DNA from: an uncultured Actinomycetota bacterium
Lineage (GTDB): Bacteria; Actinomycetota; Actinomycetes; Mycobacteriales; Mycobacteriaceae
Direction of reading: 5' to 3'
DNA: 64,000 nucleotides
NCBI GenBank assembly: GCA_963732835.1
Contig: CAVTBA010000029.1
Span: forward strand, 2,964-66,963
Shown: piece after piece, positions 1 through 12,463 of the stretch
Layout: each line of letters begins with the position of its first letter
How positions within the stretch are numbered: position 1 is the stretch's first letter
Position numbers and translations under genes: made by a program
The notes under the pieces: model-generated
Seen by the model: only the letters and a program-made list of their open reading frames with translations
Databases searched by the model: none
Told to the model about the DNA's origin: nothing

Positions 1-2
1 CG

Positions 3-341
3 TTCGGCTACGACGGCGACGCCACCGCCGCCGTCGTCGGCCAGATCGAGCGGTTCGCGCCGGGCTTCTCCGAGCGCGTCCTTGCGACCGTCAGCAAGGG
101 GACCGCCGAATTGCAGGCCTACAACGCCAACTTCATCGGCGGCGACATCATCGGCGGCGCCAACGACGGGCTCCAGGTCATCTTCCGCCCCCGCATCGCC
201 GTCGATCCCTACGCGATCGGCGTGCCGGGCGTCTACCTGTGTTCGCAGTCCACGCCGCCGGGGGCCGGCATCCACGGCCTGTGCGGTTACCACGCCGCCG
301 AGTCGGCGCTGAGGTGGCTGAAGAAGCCGCGCCGCGGCTGA
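3..341 (+). CDS. C-terminal part of a phytoene desaturase-like NAD(P)/FAD oxidoreductase (Rv1432-like), cut by the window edge
   Basis: Open frame from position 3; NFIGGDI and LCSQSTPPGAGIHGLCG motifs typical of the family C-terminus; lies upstream of gap. Confidence 0.8.
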   Translation, partial: FGYDGDATAAVVGQIERFAPGFSERVLATVSKGTAELQAYNANFIGGDIIGGANDGLQVIFRPRIAVDPYAIGVPGVYLCSQSTPPGAGIHGLCGYHAAESALRWLKKPRRG

Positions 342-435
342 TGTCACATTGGTCGCGGGAACCGGGGCGGCGACCGCGCATGTTACTGATCTAGGCTGAC
401 GTCAGCGCGTATTCAGCGAACTCCGGAAGACATAG

Positions 436-1470
<1,035 letters not shown>

Positions 1471-1482
1471 GTTCGAGCAGTC

Positions 1483-2724
1483 GTGACACTCTCAACTCTG
1501 AACGACCTTTTGGCCGAAGGCGTTTCGGGTCGGGGCGTGCTGGTGCGCTCCGACCTGAACGTCCCGCTCGACGACGAAGGCACCATCACCGACCCGGGCC
1601 GGATCACCGCGTCGGTGCCCACGTTGCAGGCGCTCGTCGACGCCGGCGCCAAGGTGGTGGTCACCGCGCACCTCGGCCGGCCGAAGAACGGGCCCGACCC
1701 GAAGTTGTCGCTGGCCCCGGTCGCCGCGGCACTCGGTGAGCAGCTCGGCCGGCACGTGCAACTGGCCGGCTCCCCGGTCGTCGGCGGCGACGCGCTGGCC
1801 CGGGCCGAGGGGCTCACCGACGGCGACGTCCTGCTGCTGGAGAACATCCGCTTCGATCCGCGCGAAACCAGCAAGGACGACGGCGAGCGGCTCGCACTCG
1901 CCCGCGAACTCGCCGAATTGGTCTCGCCCGGAGGGGCTTTCGTCTCCGACGGCTTCGGGGTGGTGCACCGCAAGCAGGCTTCGGTGTACGACGTCGCCAC
2001 GCTGCTGCCGCACTACGCCGGCACGCTGGTGGCCGACGAGATCCGGGTGCTCGAGCAGTTGACCAGCTCGACCGCCCGTCCCTACGCGGTGGTGCTCGGC
2101 GGGTCCAAGGTGTCCGACAAGCTCGGCGTCATCGAGTCGCTGGCGACCAAGGCCGACAGCATCGTCATCGGCGGCGGGATGTGCTTCACCTTCCTTGCCG
2201 CACAGGGATATTCGGTGGGCAACTCGCTTCTCGAAGAAGACATGGTCGAGACCTGCCGCAACCTGCTGGACACCTACGCCGACGTCTTGCGGCTGCCCGG
2301 CGACATCGTGGTGACCGAGGAGTTCGCCGCCAACTCGCCGCCACAATTCGTGGCAGCCAACGCGATCCCGGACGACATGATCGGGCTGGACATCGGCCCG
2401 GGTTCGATCAAACGCTTCGCGGCGCTGCTGTCCAACGCCGAGACCATCTTCTGGAACGGGCCGATGGGCGTCTTCGAGTTCCCGGCGTACGCGGCGGGCA
2501 CCCGGGGCGTCGCCGAGGCCATCGCCGCGGCGACTCACAAGGGCGCCTTCAGTGTCGTGGGCGGCGGCGACTCCGCGGCCGCGGTGCGCGCGCTCGGCAT
2601 TCCGGAGGGCGACTTCTCGCACATCTCCACCGGCGGTGGCGCGTCGCTGGAATACCTGGAAGGCAAGACGCTGCCGGGCATCGAGGTGCTGAGCCGGCCG
2701 CAACCGAGCGAGGGGACAGCGTGA
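1483..2724 (+). CDS. pgk: Phosphoglycerate kinase
   Basis: [34 protein letters not shown]. Confidence 0.99.
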   Translation: MTLSTLNDLLAEGVSGRGVLVRSDLNVPLDDEGTITDPGRITASVPTLQALVDAGAKVVVTAHLGRPKNGPDPKLSLAPVAAALGEQLGRHVQLAGSPVVGGDALARAEGLTDGDVLLLENIRFDPRETSKDDGERLALARELAELVSPGGAFVSDGFGVVHRKQASVYDVATLLPHYAGTLVADEIRVLEQLTSSTARPYAVVLGGSKVSDKLGVIESLATKADSIVIGGGMCFTFLAAQGYSVGNSLLEEDMVETCRNLLDTYADVLRLPGDIVVTEEFAANSPPQFVAANAIPDDMIGLDIGPGSIKRFAALLSNAETIFWNGPMGVFEFPAYAAGTRGVAEAIAAATHKGAFSVVGGGDSAAAVRALGIPEGDFSHISTGGGASLEYLEGKTLPGIEVLSRPQPSEGTA

Positions 2725-3506
2725 GCCGCAAGCCACTGATCGCCGGCAACTGGAAGATGAACCTCAACCACTTCGAGGCGATCGCGCTGGTGCAGAAGAT
2801 CGCGTTCGCGCTGCCGGACAAGTACTACGACAAGGTCGACGTCACGGTCCTGCCGCCGTTCACCGACCTGCGCAGCGTGCAGACGCTGGTCGACGGCGAC
2901 AAGCTGCGCCTGACCTACGGCGGCCAGGACCTGTCCCAGCACGACTCGGGCGCCTACACCGGTGACATCAGCGGTGCCTTCCTGGCCAAGCTGGGCTGCA
3001 GCTTCGTCGTCGTCGGACACTCCGAGCGGCGCACCTACCACGACGAGGACGACGCGCTGGTGGCCGCCAAGGCCGCCGCGGCCCTCAAGCACGAGCTGAC
3101 CCCCATCGTGTGCATCGGCGAGCACCTGGACGTCCGTGAGGCCGGTGAGCACGTCGGCCACTGCGAGGAGCAGCTGCGCGGCTCGCTGGCCGGCCTCTCG
3201 GCCGACCAGATCGGCGACGTCGTCGTCGCCTACGAGCCCGTGTGGGCCATCGGCACCGGACGGGTGGCCAGCGCCGCCGACGCCCAGGAGGTGTGCGCCG
3301 CGATCCGCGAAGAGCTCGCCGACCTGGCGTCACCAAAGGTCGCCGACGCCGTGCGGGTGCTCTACGGCGGCTCGGTGAACGCCAAGAACATCGGCGACAT
3401 CATCGCCCGCGACGACATCGACGGGGCCCTGGTCGGCGGGGCGTCCCTGGACGGCGAGCAGTTCGCGACGCTGGCGGCGATCGCCGCCGGCGGGCCTCTT
3501 CCCTAG
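2721..3506 (+). CDS. tpiA: Triosephosphate isomerase
   Basis: GTG at 2721 overlaps the pgk stop; [29 protein letters not shown]. Confidence 0.98.
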   Translation: MSRKPLIAGNWKMNLNHFEAIALVQKIAFALPDKYYDKVDVTVLPPFTDLRSVQTLVDGDKLRLTYGGQDLSQHDSGAYTGDISGAFLAKLGCSFVVVGHSERRTYHDEDDALVAAKAAAALKHELTPIVCIGEHLDVREAGEHVGHCEEQLRGSLAGLSADQIGDVVVAYEPVWAIGTGRVASAADAQEVCAAIREELADLASPKVADAVRVLYGGSVNAKNIGDIIARDDIDGALVGGASLDGEQFATLAAIAAGGPLP

Positions 3507-3540
3507 CGGAGCCGACGCCCCGGCGAACCTGCGTGGTCCG

Positions 3541-4251
3541 TTAGCGGCGTCGCGAGCCGATCCGAAGGTGGGCAGTCAGGACAATGTCGTCGTAAGCGGA
3601 TCGAAGCGGGTGGGCATCTCGGAGGGAAAGTGCGAGGAATTCGCCGACGATTTGTCGCGCCAGCGGTCGTAACTTGACGTTATTCTCCTGTGACCGCCAC
3701 CTCAGCAAAACGAACGCCGTAGCTTCATCAATTCCGTAGACGACCATCAGCATGCCTTTTGCCTGCTCGATGACGGCGCGATTCTTGCTGAACTCCGCCA
3801 CTTCCGCGGTCAGGGCGTCGCGATGCTCGCGGTCGGACGGCGTCACATCGACGTAAAAACCTTCTGTGCCGACGACGGTGCCCGTTGCATCGACGAGCTT
3901 GTTGGCAACCACGACGACTTGGTGGATATTGCCCTGCACGTCGATAATCCGATGCCGCGTGCTGAACGCACCCTGATTGCGGCGGATGTCATTGAGCGTC
4001 GCGGCGATCTGGTTGCGGTCGTCGGGATGTTTGTGCGCGAGTACCAGCTCGGTTGTCGGCGTCACCGTGCCCGGTTCGTAGCCGTGCAACCGTGCGACCT
4101 GTTCGCACCACTCCCAGCGTTCGCCTTCAAAATAGAAGCGAAATGTCCCAATGTTCTGTGGCGAACCACCCGCCAACGCCTGAGCAACTGGAGCGTCGGG
4201 GTTAATTGTGCTCAAATCTGCGATCACCGCCACGTTCCGAACGTTTGGCAC
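3541..4251 (-). CDS. PAS and ANTAR domain protein (start uncertain)
   Basis: PAS_3-like HKHPDDR region followed by the ANTAR motif RAVIEQAKGMLM...AFVLLRWRSQENNVKL. Confidence 0.85.
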   Translation of the reverse strand: MPNVRNVAVIADLSTINPDAPVAQALAGGSPQNIGTFRFYFEGERWEWCEQVARLHGYEPGTVTPTTELVLAHKHPDDRNQIAATLNDIRRNQGAFSTRHRIIDVQGNIHQVVVVANKLVDATGTVVGTEGFYVDVTPSDREHRDALTAEVAEFSKNRAVIEQAKGMLMVVYGIDEATAFVLLRWRSQENNVKLRPLARQIVGEFLALSLRDAHPLRSAYDDIVLTAHLRIGSRRR

Positions 4252-4439
4252 GTGGCAAAGGTGCAAAGAGTGAACAGCGACGGCTGCGAGGAATCGCTCG
4301 ATGCCGGAGCTGGCTTTTTCAGCCGGGCATCTTGTTGCTGATCGTCGCACGCATGCAGCAAAAGTACAAGGCAAATTGGTTCAGCGCGCCGACGGGCCAT
4401 TTGCGGCCGATTCAGCCCCACCCGGTAGGCTTTGGCGTC

Positions 4440-4673
4440 ATGGAGTTGGCCTTACAGATCACCCTGGTGGTCACCAGCGTGCTGGTGGTGTTGCTGGTGC
4501 TGCTGCACCGCGCCAAGGGCGGCGGCCTGTCGACGCTGTTCGGCGGCGGCGTGCAGTCCAGCCTCTCCGGCTCGACGGTGGTGGAGAAGAACCTGGACCG
4601 GTTGACGCTGTTCATCACCGGGATCTGGCTGGTCTGCATCATCGGGATAGCGCTGCTGATCAAGTACCGGTGA
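4440..4673 (+). CDS. secG: Preprotein translocase subunit SecG
   Basis: LLHRAKGGGLSTLFGGG, EKNLDRLT, two TM helices. Confidence 0.97.
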   Translation: MELALQITLVVTSVLVVLLVLLHRAKGGGLSTLFGGGVQSSLSGSTVVEKNLDRLTLFITGIWLVCIIGIALLIKYR

Positions 4674-4712
4674 CCGCACGGCTAGGTGATCGCGCCGGAT
4701 CCAATCGCGCAT

Positions 4713-5630
4713 TCACAGTGCAGCGACCAGCCTCCAGAGTGCTTCGCGGTCGGCGGAAGCCGAGCGGTCCAGCGGGCTGAGCACGACGTCGGTGGCTCCG
4801 GCGTCGAGGTAGCGGCGTAACTGGCGTACGACGGATCCCTCGGGCCCGATCGCGGCGAGCTCGGTAACACTGGCGAGGCCTTCTCGGGCGATCACCTTGC
4901 GATACGACGGGATCGTCTCGTAGACGCTCAGCTGTTCCGCGGCGGTGACGCGGGCGCCCTCGACATCGTCGGACAACAGCACGGGCACCATGGCGATGAT
5001 GCGCGGTGCCGGGCGCCCCGCCCCGGCTGCCGCCTTGGTGATCTCGGGCACGATGAATTCTTCGATCGTCCGCGGCCCCGCGAGGTAGGGCAGCGTCCCG
5101 TCTGCCAGTTCCCCGGTGACTCGCAGCGCCCTGGGGCCCATCGCCGCCACGTACACCGGAATCGGCGTGCCGCCGGGCACCCGCACCGGCCAGGTGGGGC
5201 TGGCGCTGAGTTCGCCACCGTGAAAGTCGACGCCGCCGGTGTCGAACACCGACGCCAATATCGTTAGATGCTCGCGTAACCGGGTGATGGTGTCGGGCCA
5301 TTCCGTGCCGAAGGCCTGGCGTTCCATTTGGCGGGCACCCAATCCCAGCCCGAGGCTGAAGTTGCCGTGCGCGGCGGCCTGCGCCGTCTGCGCCAATGAG
5401 GCGACGATCAGCGGGTGGCGCGGGTTGATCGGCACCACCGCGGTGCCCACCCCAGGCCCGGGCACCGCGGCTCCCACGAGCGCGGCGAGCGCGAGCGCGT
5501 CGTAGTTCTGCTGCTGGGGTAGCCACACGTGCGCGACTCCGAGTTCGTCGGCCCGTTTGGCTTGGGCGATCACGTCATCGACGAGATTGGGGGCATCAGG
5601 ACGGGCCATGACAATGATTCCGGCCGGCAC
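4713..5630 (-). CDS. LLM-class, probably F420-dependent oxidoreductase
   Basis: Luciferase-like motifs GTAVVPINPRHP, LGLGLG, PVYVAAMGPRAL; start inferred at GTG 5630. Confidence 0.85.
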   Translation of the reverse strand: MPAGIIVMARPDAPNLVDDVIAQAKRADELGVAHVWLPQQQNYDALALAALVGAAVPGPGVGTAVVPINPRHPLIVASLAQTAQAAAHGNFSLGLGLGARQMERQAFGTEWPDTITRLREHLTILASVFDTGGVDFHGGELSASPTWPVRVPGGTPIPVYVAAMGPRALRVTGELADGTLPYLAGPRTIEEFIVPEITKAAAGAGRPAPRIIAMVPVLLSDDVEGARVTAAEQLSVYETIPSYRKVIAREGLASVTELAAIGPEGSVVRQLRRYLDAGATDVVLSPLDRSASADREALWRLVAAL

Positions 5631-5768
5631 GTTCTCGACCAACGCGCTGCGCCGGTGGGTCATTCCTGCCGGATCACACTGATCTGACCTACCGGACGTC
5701 ATGGTGATTCGAGGCTGCGGCTGAGGGTCGACGGGCGGACACCGGCATCCGCACCGATACTGGGACGC

Positions 5769-8600
5769 ATGGTTGACGTTTCCGACATCGCGCTGGAGCC
5801 GATCGGCGCCGTGCAACGGACGCTGGTCGGTCGCGAGGCGACCGAGCCGATGCGCGCCGACATCAGGCTGCTGGGCGCCATCCTGGGCGACACGGTGCGC
5901 GAGCAGAACGGCGACGAGGTTTTCGACCTGGTGGAACGCGCCCGGGTGGAATCGTTTCGGGTGCGCCGCTCCGAGATCGACCGGGCCGACCTGGCGCGGA
6001 TGTTCTTTCGCATCGACATTCACCGGGCGATCCCGGTCATCCGCGCGTTCAGCCACTTCGCGCTGCTGGCCAACGTGGCCGAGGACATCCACCGGGAGCG
6101 CCGCCGCGCGATCCACGTCTCCGCCGGCGAGCCGCCGCAGGATAGCAGCCTAGCCGCGACCTACGCGAAACTCGATGGCGCCGAACTTGATTCGGCCACC
6201 GTCGCCGACGCGCTGCGGGGCGCCCTGATCTCCCCGGTGATCACCGCCCACCCCACCGAAACCCGGCGGCGCACCGTGTTCGTCACCCAGCACCGGATCA
6301 CCCAGCTGATGCGGTTGCACGCGGAGGGGCACACCGAGACCGACGACGGCCGCAACATCGAGCGCGAGTTGCGCCGCCAGGTCCTCACCCTGTGGCAGAC
6401 GGCACTGATCCGGTTGTCCCGGCTGCAGATCACCGACGAGATCGAGGTGGGGCTGCGCTATTACGCCGCCGCGTTCTTCCAGGTCATCCCGCAGGTCAAC
6501 GCCGAGGTCCGGGACGCGTTGCGGGCCCGCTGGCCCCAGACCGATCTGCTCTCCGCGCCGATCCTGCGGCCCGGGTCCTGGATCGGCGGCGACCGCGACG
6601 GCAATCCGAACGTGACGGGCGACGTGGTGCGCCAAGCCACCGGCAGCGCCGCGTTCACTGCGCTGTCGCATTACCTGGCCGAACTCACCGCCCTCGAACA
6701 GGACCTGTCGATGTCGGCCCGACTCGTCCCCGTCACGCCCGGGCTGGCGGAGCTGGCCGAGGGCTGCGGGGAGCAGGCCCGCGCCGACGAGCCGTACCGG
6801 CGGGCGGTGCGGGTGATCCGCGCCCGGCTCACCGCGACGGGCGCCGAGATCCTGGACCGCCAACCACAGCACGAGCTGGACCTCGGCCTGACACCCTATT
6901 CCGCCCCGGCCGAACTACAACGCGACCTGGACACGATCGACCAGTCGCTGCGCGCCCACGGCAGCGCGCTGCTGGCCGACGACCGCCTGGCCCTGCTACG
7001 AGAAGGCGTGAGCGTCTTCGGTTTTCACCTGTCCGGCCTCGACCTGCGGCAGAACTCCGACGTGCACGAAGAGGTGGTGGGGGAGCTGTTGGCGTGGGCC
7101 GGGGTGCACCCGGACTACGGCTCGCTGCCCGAGGACGAGCGGGTCGCGCTGCTGGCGGGTGAACTGGGCACCCGCCGCCCACTCGTCGGTGATCGCGCGC
7201 TGGGGGTATCGCCCGATGGCGGGGGCCTGTCCGAGCTGGCCCGCAAGGAGCTCGAGGTCATCAGCGCCGCGGCCTACGCCGTCGGGCGTTACGGCCCGGC
7301 CGCCGTGCCGAACTACGTCATCTCCATGTGCCGCTCGGTCTCCGACGTCTTGGAGGTGGCGGTCCTGCTGAAAGAGGGCGGCCTGCTGGACGCGTCGGGG
7401 CCGGAACCGTATTGTCCGGTCGCCATCTCGCCGCTGTTCGAGACGATCGACGATCTGCACCACGGCGCGGACATCCTGCACGCGATGCTGGAGCTTCCGC
7501 TGTACCGGGCGGTCGTCGACGCGCAGGGCGGACGTCAGGAGGTGATGCTCGGCTACTCCGACTCGAACAAGGACGGCGGTTACCTGGCCTCCAGCTGGGC
7601 GGTCTACCGTGCCGAGCTGGCCCTGGCCGAGGTGGCGCGCAAGGCGGGAATTCGGTTGCGGCTCTTCCACGGTCGCGGCGGTACCGTCGGCCGCGGGGGC
7701 GGGCCGAGCTATCAGGCCATCCTGGCGCAGCCGCCGGGCGCGGTGAACGGCTCGCTGCGGCTCACCGAGCAGGGCGAGGTGATCGCCGCCAAGTACGCCG
7801 AACCGCAGGCGGCGCGGCGCAACCTGGAAAGCCTGGTGGCGGCGACGCTGGAGTCGACGCTGCTCGACGTCGAGGGCCTGGGCGACGCCGCGGAGCCGGC
7901 CTACGCGGTGCTCGACGAAGTGGCCACATTGGCGCAGCGCGCGTACGCCGAATTGGTGCATGACACACCGGGTTTCGTCGACTACTTCATGGCCTCCACC
8001 CCGGTCAGCGAGATCGGTTCGCTGAACATCGGCAGCCGCCCGACCTCACGCAAACCCACCTCATCGATCGCGGACCTGCGCGCCATCCCCTGGGTGCTCG
8101 CGTGGAGCCAATCGCGGGTCATGCTGCCCGGCTGGTACGGCACCGGGTCGGCGTTCGAGCAGTGGATCGCGGCGGGACCGGAAAGTGCACAGGAACGGGT
8201 GGGCATCCTGCACGAGCTGTACGAGCGGTGGCCGTTCTTTGCCAGCGTGCTGTCCAACATGGCGCAGGTGCTGGCCAAGAGCGACCTGGGCCTGGCGGCC
8301 CGCTACGCGGAGCTGGTCGAAGACGAGGAGCTGCGGGACCGGGTGTTCGGCAAGATCGTCGACGAGCATCGGCGCACCATCGCGATGCACAAGCTCATCA
8401 CCGGTCACGACGACCTGCTCGCCGACAACCCCGCGTTGGCGCGTTCGGTGTTCAACCGCTTCCCCTATCTGGAGCCGCTGAACCACCTGCAGGTGGAGTT
8501 GCTGCGGCGCTATCGCTCCGGCGACGACGACGAACTGGTGCAGCGCGGCATCCTGCTCACGATGAACGGATTGGCCAGCGCGTTACGGAATAGCGGGTAG
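5769..8600 (+). CDS. ppc: Phosphoenolpyruvate carboxylase
   Basis: [48 protein letters not shown]-terminal RNSG. Confidence 0.98.
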   Translation: MVDVSDIALEPIGAVQRTLVGREATEPMRADIRLLGAILGDTVREQNGDEVFDLVERARVESFRVRRSEIDRADLARMFFRIDIHRAIPVIRAFSHFALLANVAEDIHRERRRAIHVSAGEPPQDSSLAATYAKLDGAELDSATVADALRGALISPVITAHPTETRRRTVFVTQHRITQLMRLHAEGHTETDDGRNIERELRRQVLTLWQTALIRLSRLQITDEIEVGLRYYAAAFFQVIPQVNAEVRDALRARWPQTDLLSAPILRPGSWIGGDRDGNPNVTGDVVRQATGSAAFTALSHYLAELTALEQDLSMSARLVPVTPGLAELAEGCGEQARADEPYRRAVRVIRARLTATGAEILDRQPQHELDLGLTPYSAPAELQRDLDTIDQSLRAHGSALLADDRLALLREGVSVFGFHLSGLDLRQNSDVHEEVVGELLAWAGVHPDYGSLPEDERVALLAGELGTRRPLVGDRALGVSPDGGGLSELARKELEVISAAAYAVGRYGPAAVPNYVISMCRSVSDVLEVAVLLKEGGLLDASGPEPYCPVAISPLFETIDDLHHGADILHAMLELPLYRAVVDAQGGRQEVMLGYSDSNKDGGYLASSWAVYRAELALAEVARKAGIRLRLFHGRGGTVGRGGGPSYQAILAQPPGAVNGSLRLTEQGEVIAAKYAEPQAARRNLESLVAATLESTLLDVEGLGDAAEPAYAVLDEVATLAQRAYAELVHDTPGFVDYFMASTPVSEIGSLNIGSRPTSRKPTSSIADLRAIPWVLAWSQSRVMLPGWYGTGSAFEQWIAAGPESAQERVGILHELYERWPFFASVLSNMAQVLAKSDLGLAARYAELVEDEELRDRVFGKIVDEHRRTIAMHKLITGHDDLLADNPALARSVFNRFPYLEPLNHLQVELLRRYRSGDDDELVQRGILLTMNGLASALRNSG

Positions 8601-8664
8601 CGCCCCGGCCAACCCCGCGTAAAGCGGGCCGTGTGCTGATCCCTACGCCAATACGCTGACCCCA

Positions 8665-9447
8665 ATGGGTGCGTCCGGGCCACCGCTTTGGCTGATGCTG
8701 CTTTGTGCCGTCGCCGTCGCCATCCCGATCGCGGTGGGCTGCATCAGCGTGGCGAATCGCATGTTGCGCGCGGTCGGCAAGGAACACAATCCCGCGATGT
8801 CGCCGTTCATCGCCGTCGTCGCGCTCGTCTACGGCGCCCTGGTGGGATTCACGGTGGTGGTGTCTTGGCAGCAGTTCTCCTCCGCCGAGGCGATCGTCGC
8901 CAACGAGGCATCGGCGCTGACGACGATGTACCGGCAGACCGTCGCCATGCAGGAGCCGGAGCGGACACAGGTTCAGCAACTGCTGCGCAAGTATGCGACC
9001 GCGGTCGAGACATCGGACCCGAACAAGCAGGCCAGCGACGGAAGTATCGACAACGCGCGAAGCGCCATCACGAAGATGTACCGCATCATCGGCAATCAAC
9101 CGCCGGGCGTTGCGTCGAGCCCCATCAACGCCGAATTCCTCAACCAGTTGACCGTGCTGGCCTCCGATCGCACCCAGCGCATCATCGACACCAGGCCGCG
9201 CATACCACCGCTGCTATGGACGGGGCTGGTGTTCGGGGCGGTGGTGCTGGTGGCGCTGACGGGTTTTCTGCGCCTTGGCAGCACCTTCGGTCACGCCATG
9301 GTGTCCAGTGCGATCGCGGTCCTGCTCGCATTACTGCTGTGCATCGTCTTCTCGCTGGACCATCCCATTTCCACCGAGGAGAAACTCACCTCCGCGCCTT
9401 TTCAGCACGCGCTGGAGGTTTTCGACGCGGTCGACCGGGGGACGTAG
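8665..9447 (+). CDS. Membrane protein, DUF4239/bestrophin-like
   Basis: Two N-terminal and two C-terminal TM segments around a soluble helical region; EASAL and LDHP motifs. Confidence 0.65.
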   Translation: MGASGPPLWLMLLCAVAVAIPIAVGCISVANRMLRAVGKEHNPAMSPFIAVVALVYGALVGFTVVVSWQQFSSAEAIVANEASALTTMYRQTVAMQEPERTQVQQLLRKYATAVETSDPNKQASDGSIDNARSAITKMYRIIGNQPPGVASSPINAEFLNQLTVLASDRTQRIIDTRPRIPPLLWTGLVFGAVVLVALTGFLRLGSTFGHAMVSSAIAVLLALLLCIVFSLDHPISTEEKLTSAPFQHALEVFDAVDRGT

Positions 9448-9552
9448 CGTGCGATTGGGCGGCTTAGCACGTTACGCGACAGCGGTTTAGGGGCATTCGG
9501 GGCTGAGGCCGGTGTTGCCGGCCTGTCACAGGCCGGGTCAGGGAGGGCTGCC

Positions 9553-10365
9553 ATGTCGGACAACGCGACCCCCGTCACCGCGGCCCAGGTGGCCCAGAAC
9601 GGCGTCTTCGAACGACTCGCCCGCGTCGGGTTCGTCGTCAACGGCGTGCTGCACCTGATCGTCGGCTATCTCGCCATCCGGGTTGCCTGCGGCGCCGGCG
9701 GCACCGCTGACCAGACCGGCGCCCTGGCGGCGTTGGCGGCCAAACCGGGCGGACCGCTCGCGCTCTGGATCGCCACGGCCGCCCTCCTGGCGATGGGCCT
9801 GTGGCGGCTCGTCGAAACCGCGCTCGGCCGATCGTGCGACCGTGAGTCGGAGGGCTCATCGTCGGACGCGTCCTCGCGGGTGAAGGCGTTGGGACTGGCG
9901 GCGGTCTACCTGGCGTTCGCGTACTCCGCGTTCGGATTCGCCCGCGGCGCCGGCAGGCCGGCGGATCAACAGAATTCGGGCATCAGCGCGCGACTGATGA
10001 CGACGACCGGCGGCACCATCGCGCTCATCGCGTGCGGCATGGTCATCGTCGCGGTCGGTTGCTACCACATCTACAAGGGCGCCAGCCGCAACTTCGTCGA
10101 CGACCTCCGGGGCAAGTCGGGTGACCTGGTGCGACGGCTTGGCGTGGCCGGGTACATCGGCAAGGGTGTCGTCATCACCCTCACGGGCGCGCTGGTGATC
10201 GTCGCCGCGTGTCGCTCGGAACCGAAGAGGGCCACCGGGCTCGATGGCGCACTGAAGACACTCGGGGCTCAGCACTTCGGGGCCGCGCTGTTGATCGCCG
10301 CCGGCGTGGGGATCATCATCTACGGGCTGTACAGCTTCGTGATGGCCCGCTCCACCAAGATGTAG
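9553..10365 (+). CDS. DUF1206 membrane protein
   Basis: Repeated TM units (ARVG...GVLHL; GYIGKG; GLDGALKTL). Confidence 0.75.
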   Translation: MSDNATPVTAAQVAQNGVFERLARVGFVVNGVLHLIVGYLAIRVACGAGGTADQTGALAALAAKPGGPLALWIATAALLAMGLWRLVETALGRSCDRESEGSSSDASSRVKALGLAAVYLAFAYSAFGFARGAGRPADQQNSGISARLMTTTGGTIALIACGMVIVAVGCYHIYKGASRNFVDDLRGKSGDLVRRLGVAGYIGKGVVITLTGALVIVAACRSEPKRATGLDGALKTLGAQHFGAALLIAAGVGIIIYGLYSFVMARSTKM

Positions 10366-10370
10366 CCGTC

Positions 10371-10751
10371 TCAGCGGTTGCGCAGCCGGTCCAGAACACC
10401 GCGCACGGCCTGCTCGGTCATCGCGAGCGGCGTCATCATCGTCTCGCCCACCTTCATCATGTCGTCGATCCGCCCGACGATCGCCTCGATGGGCTCGACC
10501 AGCACGATCAACCGCCTGGCCAGATCGTCCAGCCGCGACAGGGTGCCGTCCAGGTGGTCGAGTCCGCTCTCCATGCGTTCGACCGTGGCGTTCAGCGCGG
10601 AAAGGGACGCGTTCAGCTCTTTCATGGTCGTGCTCAGGCCGTCGAGGACGTCCTCGACCTGCTCCACCGTCTTGTCGGCGTTCAACGCAGCCTGGGTGAG
10701 GGTCTTGATCCGGCTTCGCTCTTGCCCGCCGCGCACGGTTCTGTCTGCCAT
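10371..10751 (-). CDS. Conserved coiled-coil hypothetical protein (Rv1444c-like)
   Basis: KTLTQAALNADKTVEQVE; syntenic position downstream of pgl. Confidence 0.8.
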   Translation of the reverse strand: MADRTVRGGQERSRIKTLTQAALNADKTVEQVEDVLDGLSTTMKELNASLSALNATVERMESGLDHLDGTLSRLDDLARRLIVLVEPIEAIVGRIDDMMKVGETMMTPLAMTEQAVRGVLDRLRNR

Positions 10752-10787
10752 GACCGTCATTATGACCCGGATGGAACCGGGTGGGGG

Positions 10788-11543
10788 CTAGCTTGGCCGG
10801 CCGGGACGGGACGGTAGCTTGGCCGCGGCCTCCTCGTCGAGCAGCCACAGCGTGGTTTCCCGGCCGATCGCCCCGGCGGCGGGCACCGAGACGGGCGCGG
10901 CGCCGCCGACGGCCGCGGCCACCGCGTCGGCCTTCGAGGACCCGGACACCATCAGCCAGACTTCGCGGGAACGCTGAATTGCGGGGAGGGTCAGGGTGAT
11001 TCGTTGGGGAGGTGGCTTGGGGGAGTCCTCGACCGGGACCACCATGCGGCTGGCCTCCAGCACGGCCGGGGTGTCCGGGAACAGGGAGTTGATATGACCT
11101 TCGGGCCCCATGCCCAACAGGTGCACGTCGAAATTCGGCACCGGTTGGCCGGGTTCGGCGTTGGCCGCCAGCAGCTGCTCGTAGGCCAGGGCCGCGGCGG
11201 CGAGGTCGGTGCCGAATTCGCCGTCGCTGGCCGGCATCGTGTGCACATGGCTGGACGGAATGTCGATCCGGTCCAGCAACGCCTCGCGGGCCTGCTTGTC
11301 GTTGCGTTCGTCGTCGTCCTCGGGGACGTAGCGTTCGTCACCCCAGAACAGGTGCACCTTGGGCCAGGCGATCTCGCGCCCCACCAGGGACTTGAGCAAC
11401 CCGATGCCGTTGCCGCCACCGGTCAGCACGACGAGTGCCCGGTCCCGGGCCGCCACGGCGTTGCGGATGCTCTGCGCCAGTCGGGTGGCCGCCGCCTCAA
11501 TCAGTGCCTGACCTTCCGGGAAAACTTCGATGATGGTGCTCAC
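10788..11543 (-). CDS. pgl: 6-phosphogluconolactonase
   Basis: [28 protein letters not shown]. Confidence 0.97.
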   Translation of the reverse strand: MSTIIEVFPEGQALIEAAATRLAQSIRNAVAARDRALVVLTGGGNGIGLLKSLVGREIAWPKVHLFWGDERYVPEDDDERNDKQAREALLDRIDIPSSHVHTMPASDGEFGTDLAAAALAYEQLLAANAEPGQPVPNFDVHLLGMGPEGHINSLFPDTPAVLEASRMVVPVEDSPKPPPQRITLTLPAIQRSREVWLMVSGSSKADAVAAAVGGAAPVSVPAAGAIGRETTLWLLDEEAAAKLPSRPGRPS

Positions 11544-12463
11544 ACGTACTGCACTTTCTCAATGCCTTCCAGCGCTGTCTGGTAAATCTCGTCGGGGTCC
11601 AGCCGCCGCAGGTCTTCGGCGAGGCACTCGCCGGTTTCCCTGCGCGCCAGGGGAAGCAGGGCTTCCGGCTTGGCGGTGCGGCTCAGTGTGGCCGTCCTGC
11701 CCTCCTGGGGCCGGCTCAAGACGATGGTCTCGCTCTTGCGTACGAGTTCCACTTTGAGCTCGCCGACCGCCCGGCGCACCGGGCCATCGATGCGGCTGGC
11801 CAGCCAGCCCGCGAGGATGTCAAGCGCCGGTTCGGTTTTCAGACCGGAAACCAGCGCCGACTCGATCGGGTCGTGGGGCGCCAGGTCGACCGCAGCGGCC
11901 AGCAGCGCGCGCCAGTAGGTGATGCGCGCCCACGCCAGGTCGGTGTCGCCGGCGGTGTACCCGGGCAGGCGGCCCTTGATCGCCGACAACGGATCGGTTC
12001 CGTTGGTGGCGTCGGTGATACGCCGAATTGCCAACCTGCCCAACGGGTCCTGGGCCGGGACGGCCGGCGCGACGTCCGGCCACCACGCCACCACCGGAAT
12101 GTCGGGCAGCAGGAACGGGGTGACCACGCTGGCGGCGTGCCCCGCGAGCGCCCCGGACAGATTGAGGATCACCACCTCGGTCGCGCCGGTGTCGCCGCCC
12201 GCGCGCAATTGTGCGTCCAGGCGCGGCTCGTCGGCGTACGGGTCGCCCCGCATGGTGACGATGATGCGGCTGGGATGCTCGTGGCTGGCGTCGTTGGCCG
12301 CCTGGAGCGATTCTTCGAGGATGGCGTCGCTGTCCGGCGCGATGATCAGCGTCAGCACCCGGCCCATCGTCACGGCGCCGACCTTCTCCCGCAGTTCGTC
12401 GAGCTTCTTGTTGACCGCGGTGGTGGTGGTGTCCGGCATGTCGATGATCACGGGCGCCGCCAT
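11540..12463 (-). CDS. opcA: G6PD assembly protein OpcA
   Basis: [25 protein letters not shown]; between zwf and pgl. Confidence 0.95.
   Translation of the reverse strand: MAAPVIIDMPDTTTTAVNKKLDELREKVGAVTMGRVLTLIIAPDSDAILEESLQAANDASHEHPSRIIVTMRGDPYADEPRLDAQLRAGGDTGATEVVILNLSGALAGHAASVVTPFLLPDIPVVAWWPDVAPAVPAQDPLGRLAIRRITDATNGTDPLSAIKGRLPGYTAGDTDLAWARITYWRALLAAAVDLAPHDPIESALVSGLKTEPALDILAGWLASRIDGPVRRAVGELKVELVRKSETIVLSRPQEGRTATLSRTAKPEALLPLARRETGECLAEDLRRLDPDEIYQTALEGIEKVQYV

Noticed and set aside
2181-2720. Apparent N-terminal extensions or fusions on tpiA (also sufC, the ABC permease and the LLM gene)
   Set aside because: They overlap upstream genes in another frame; real starts are at the coupled start codons
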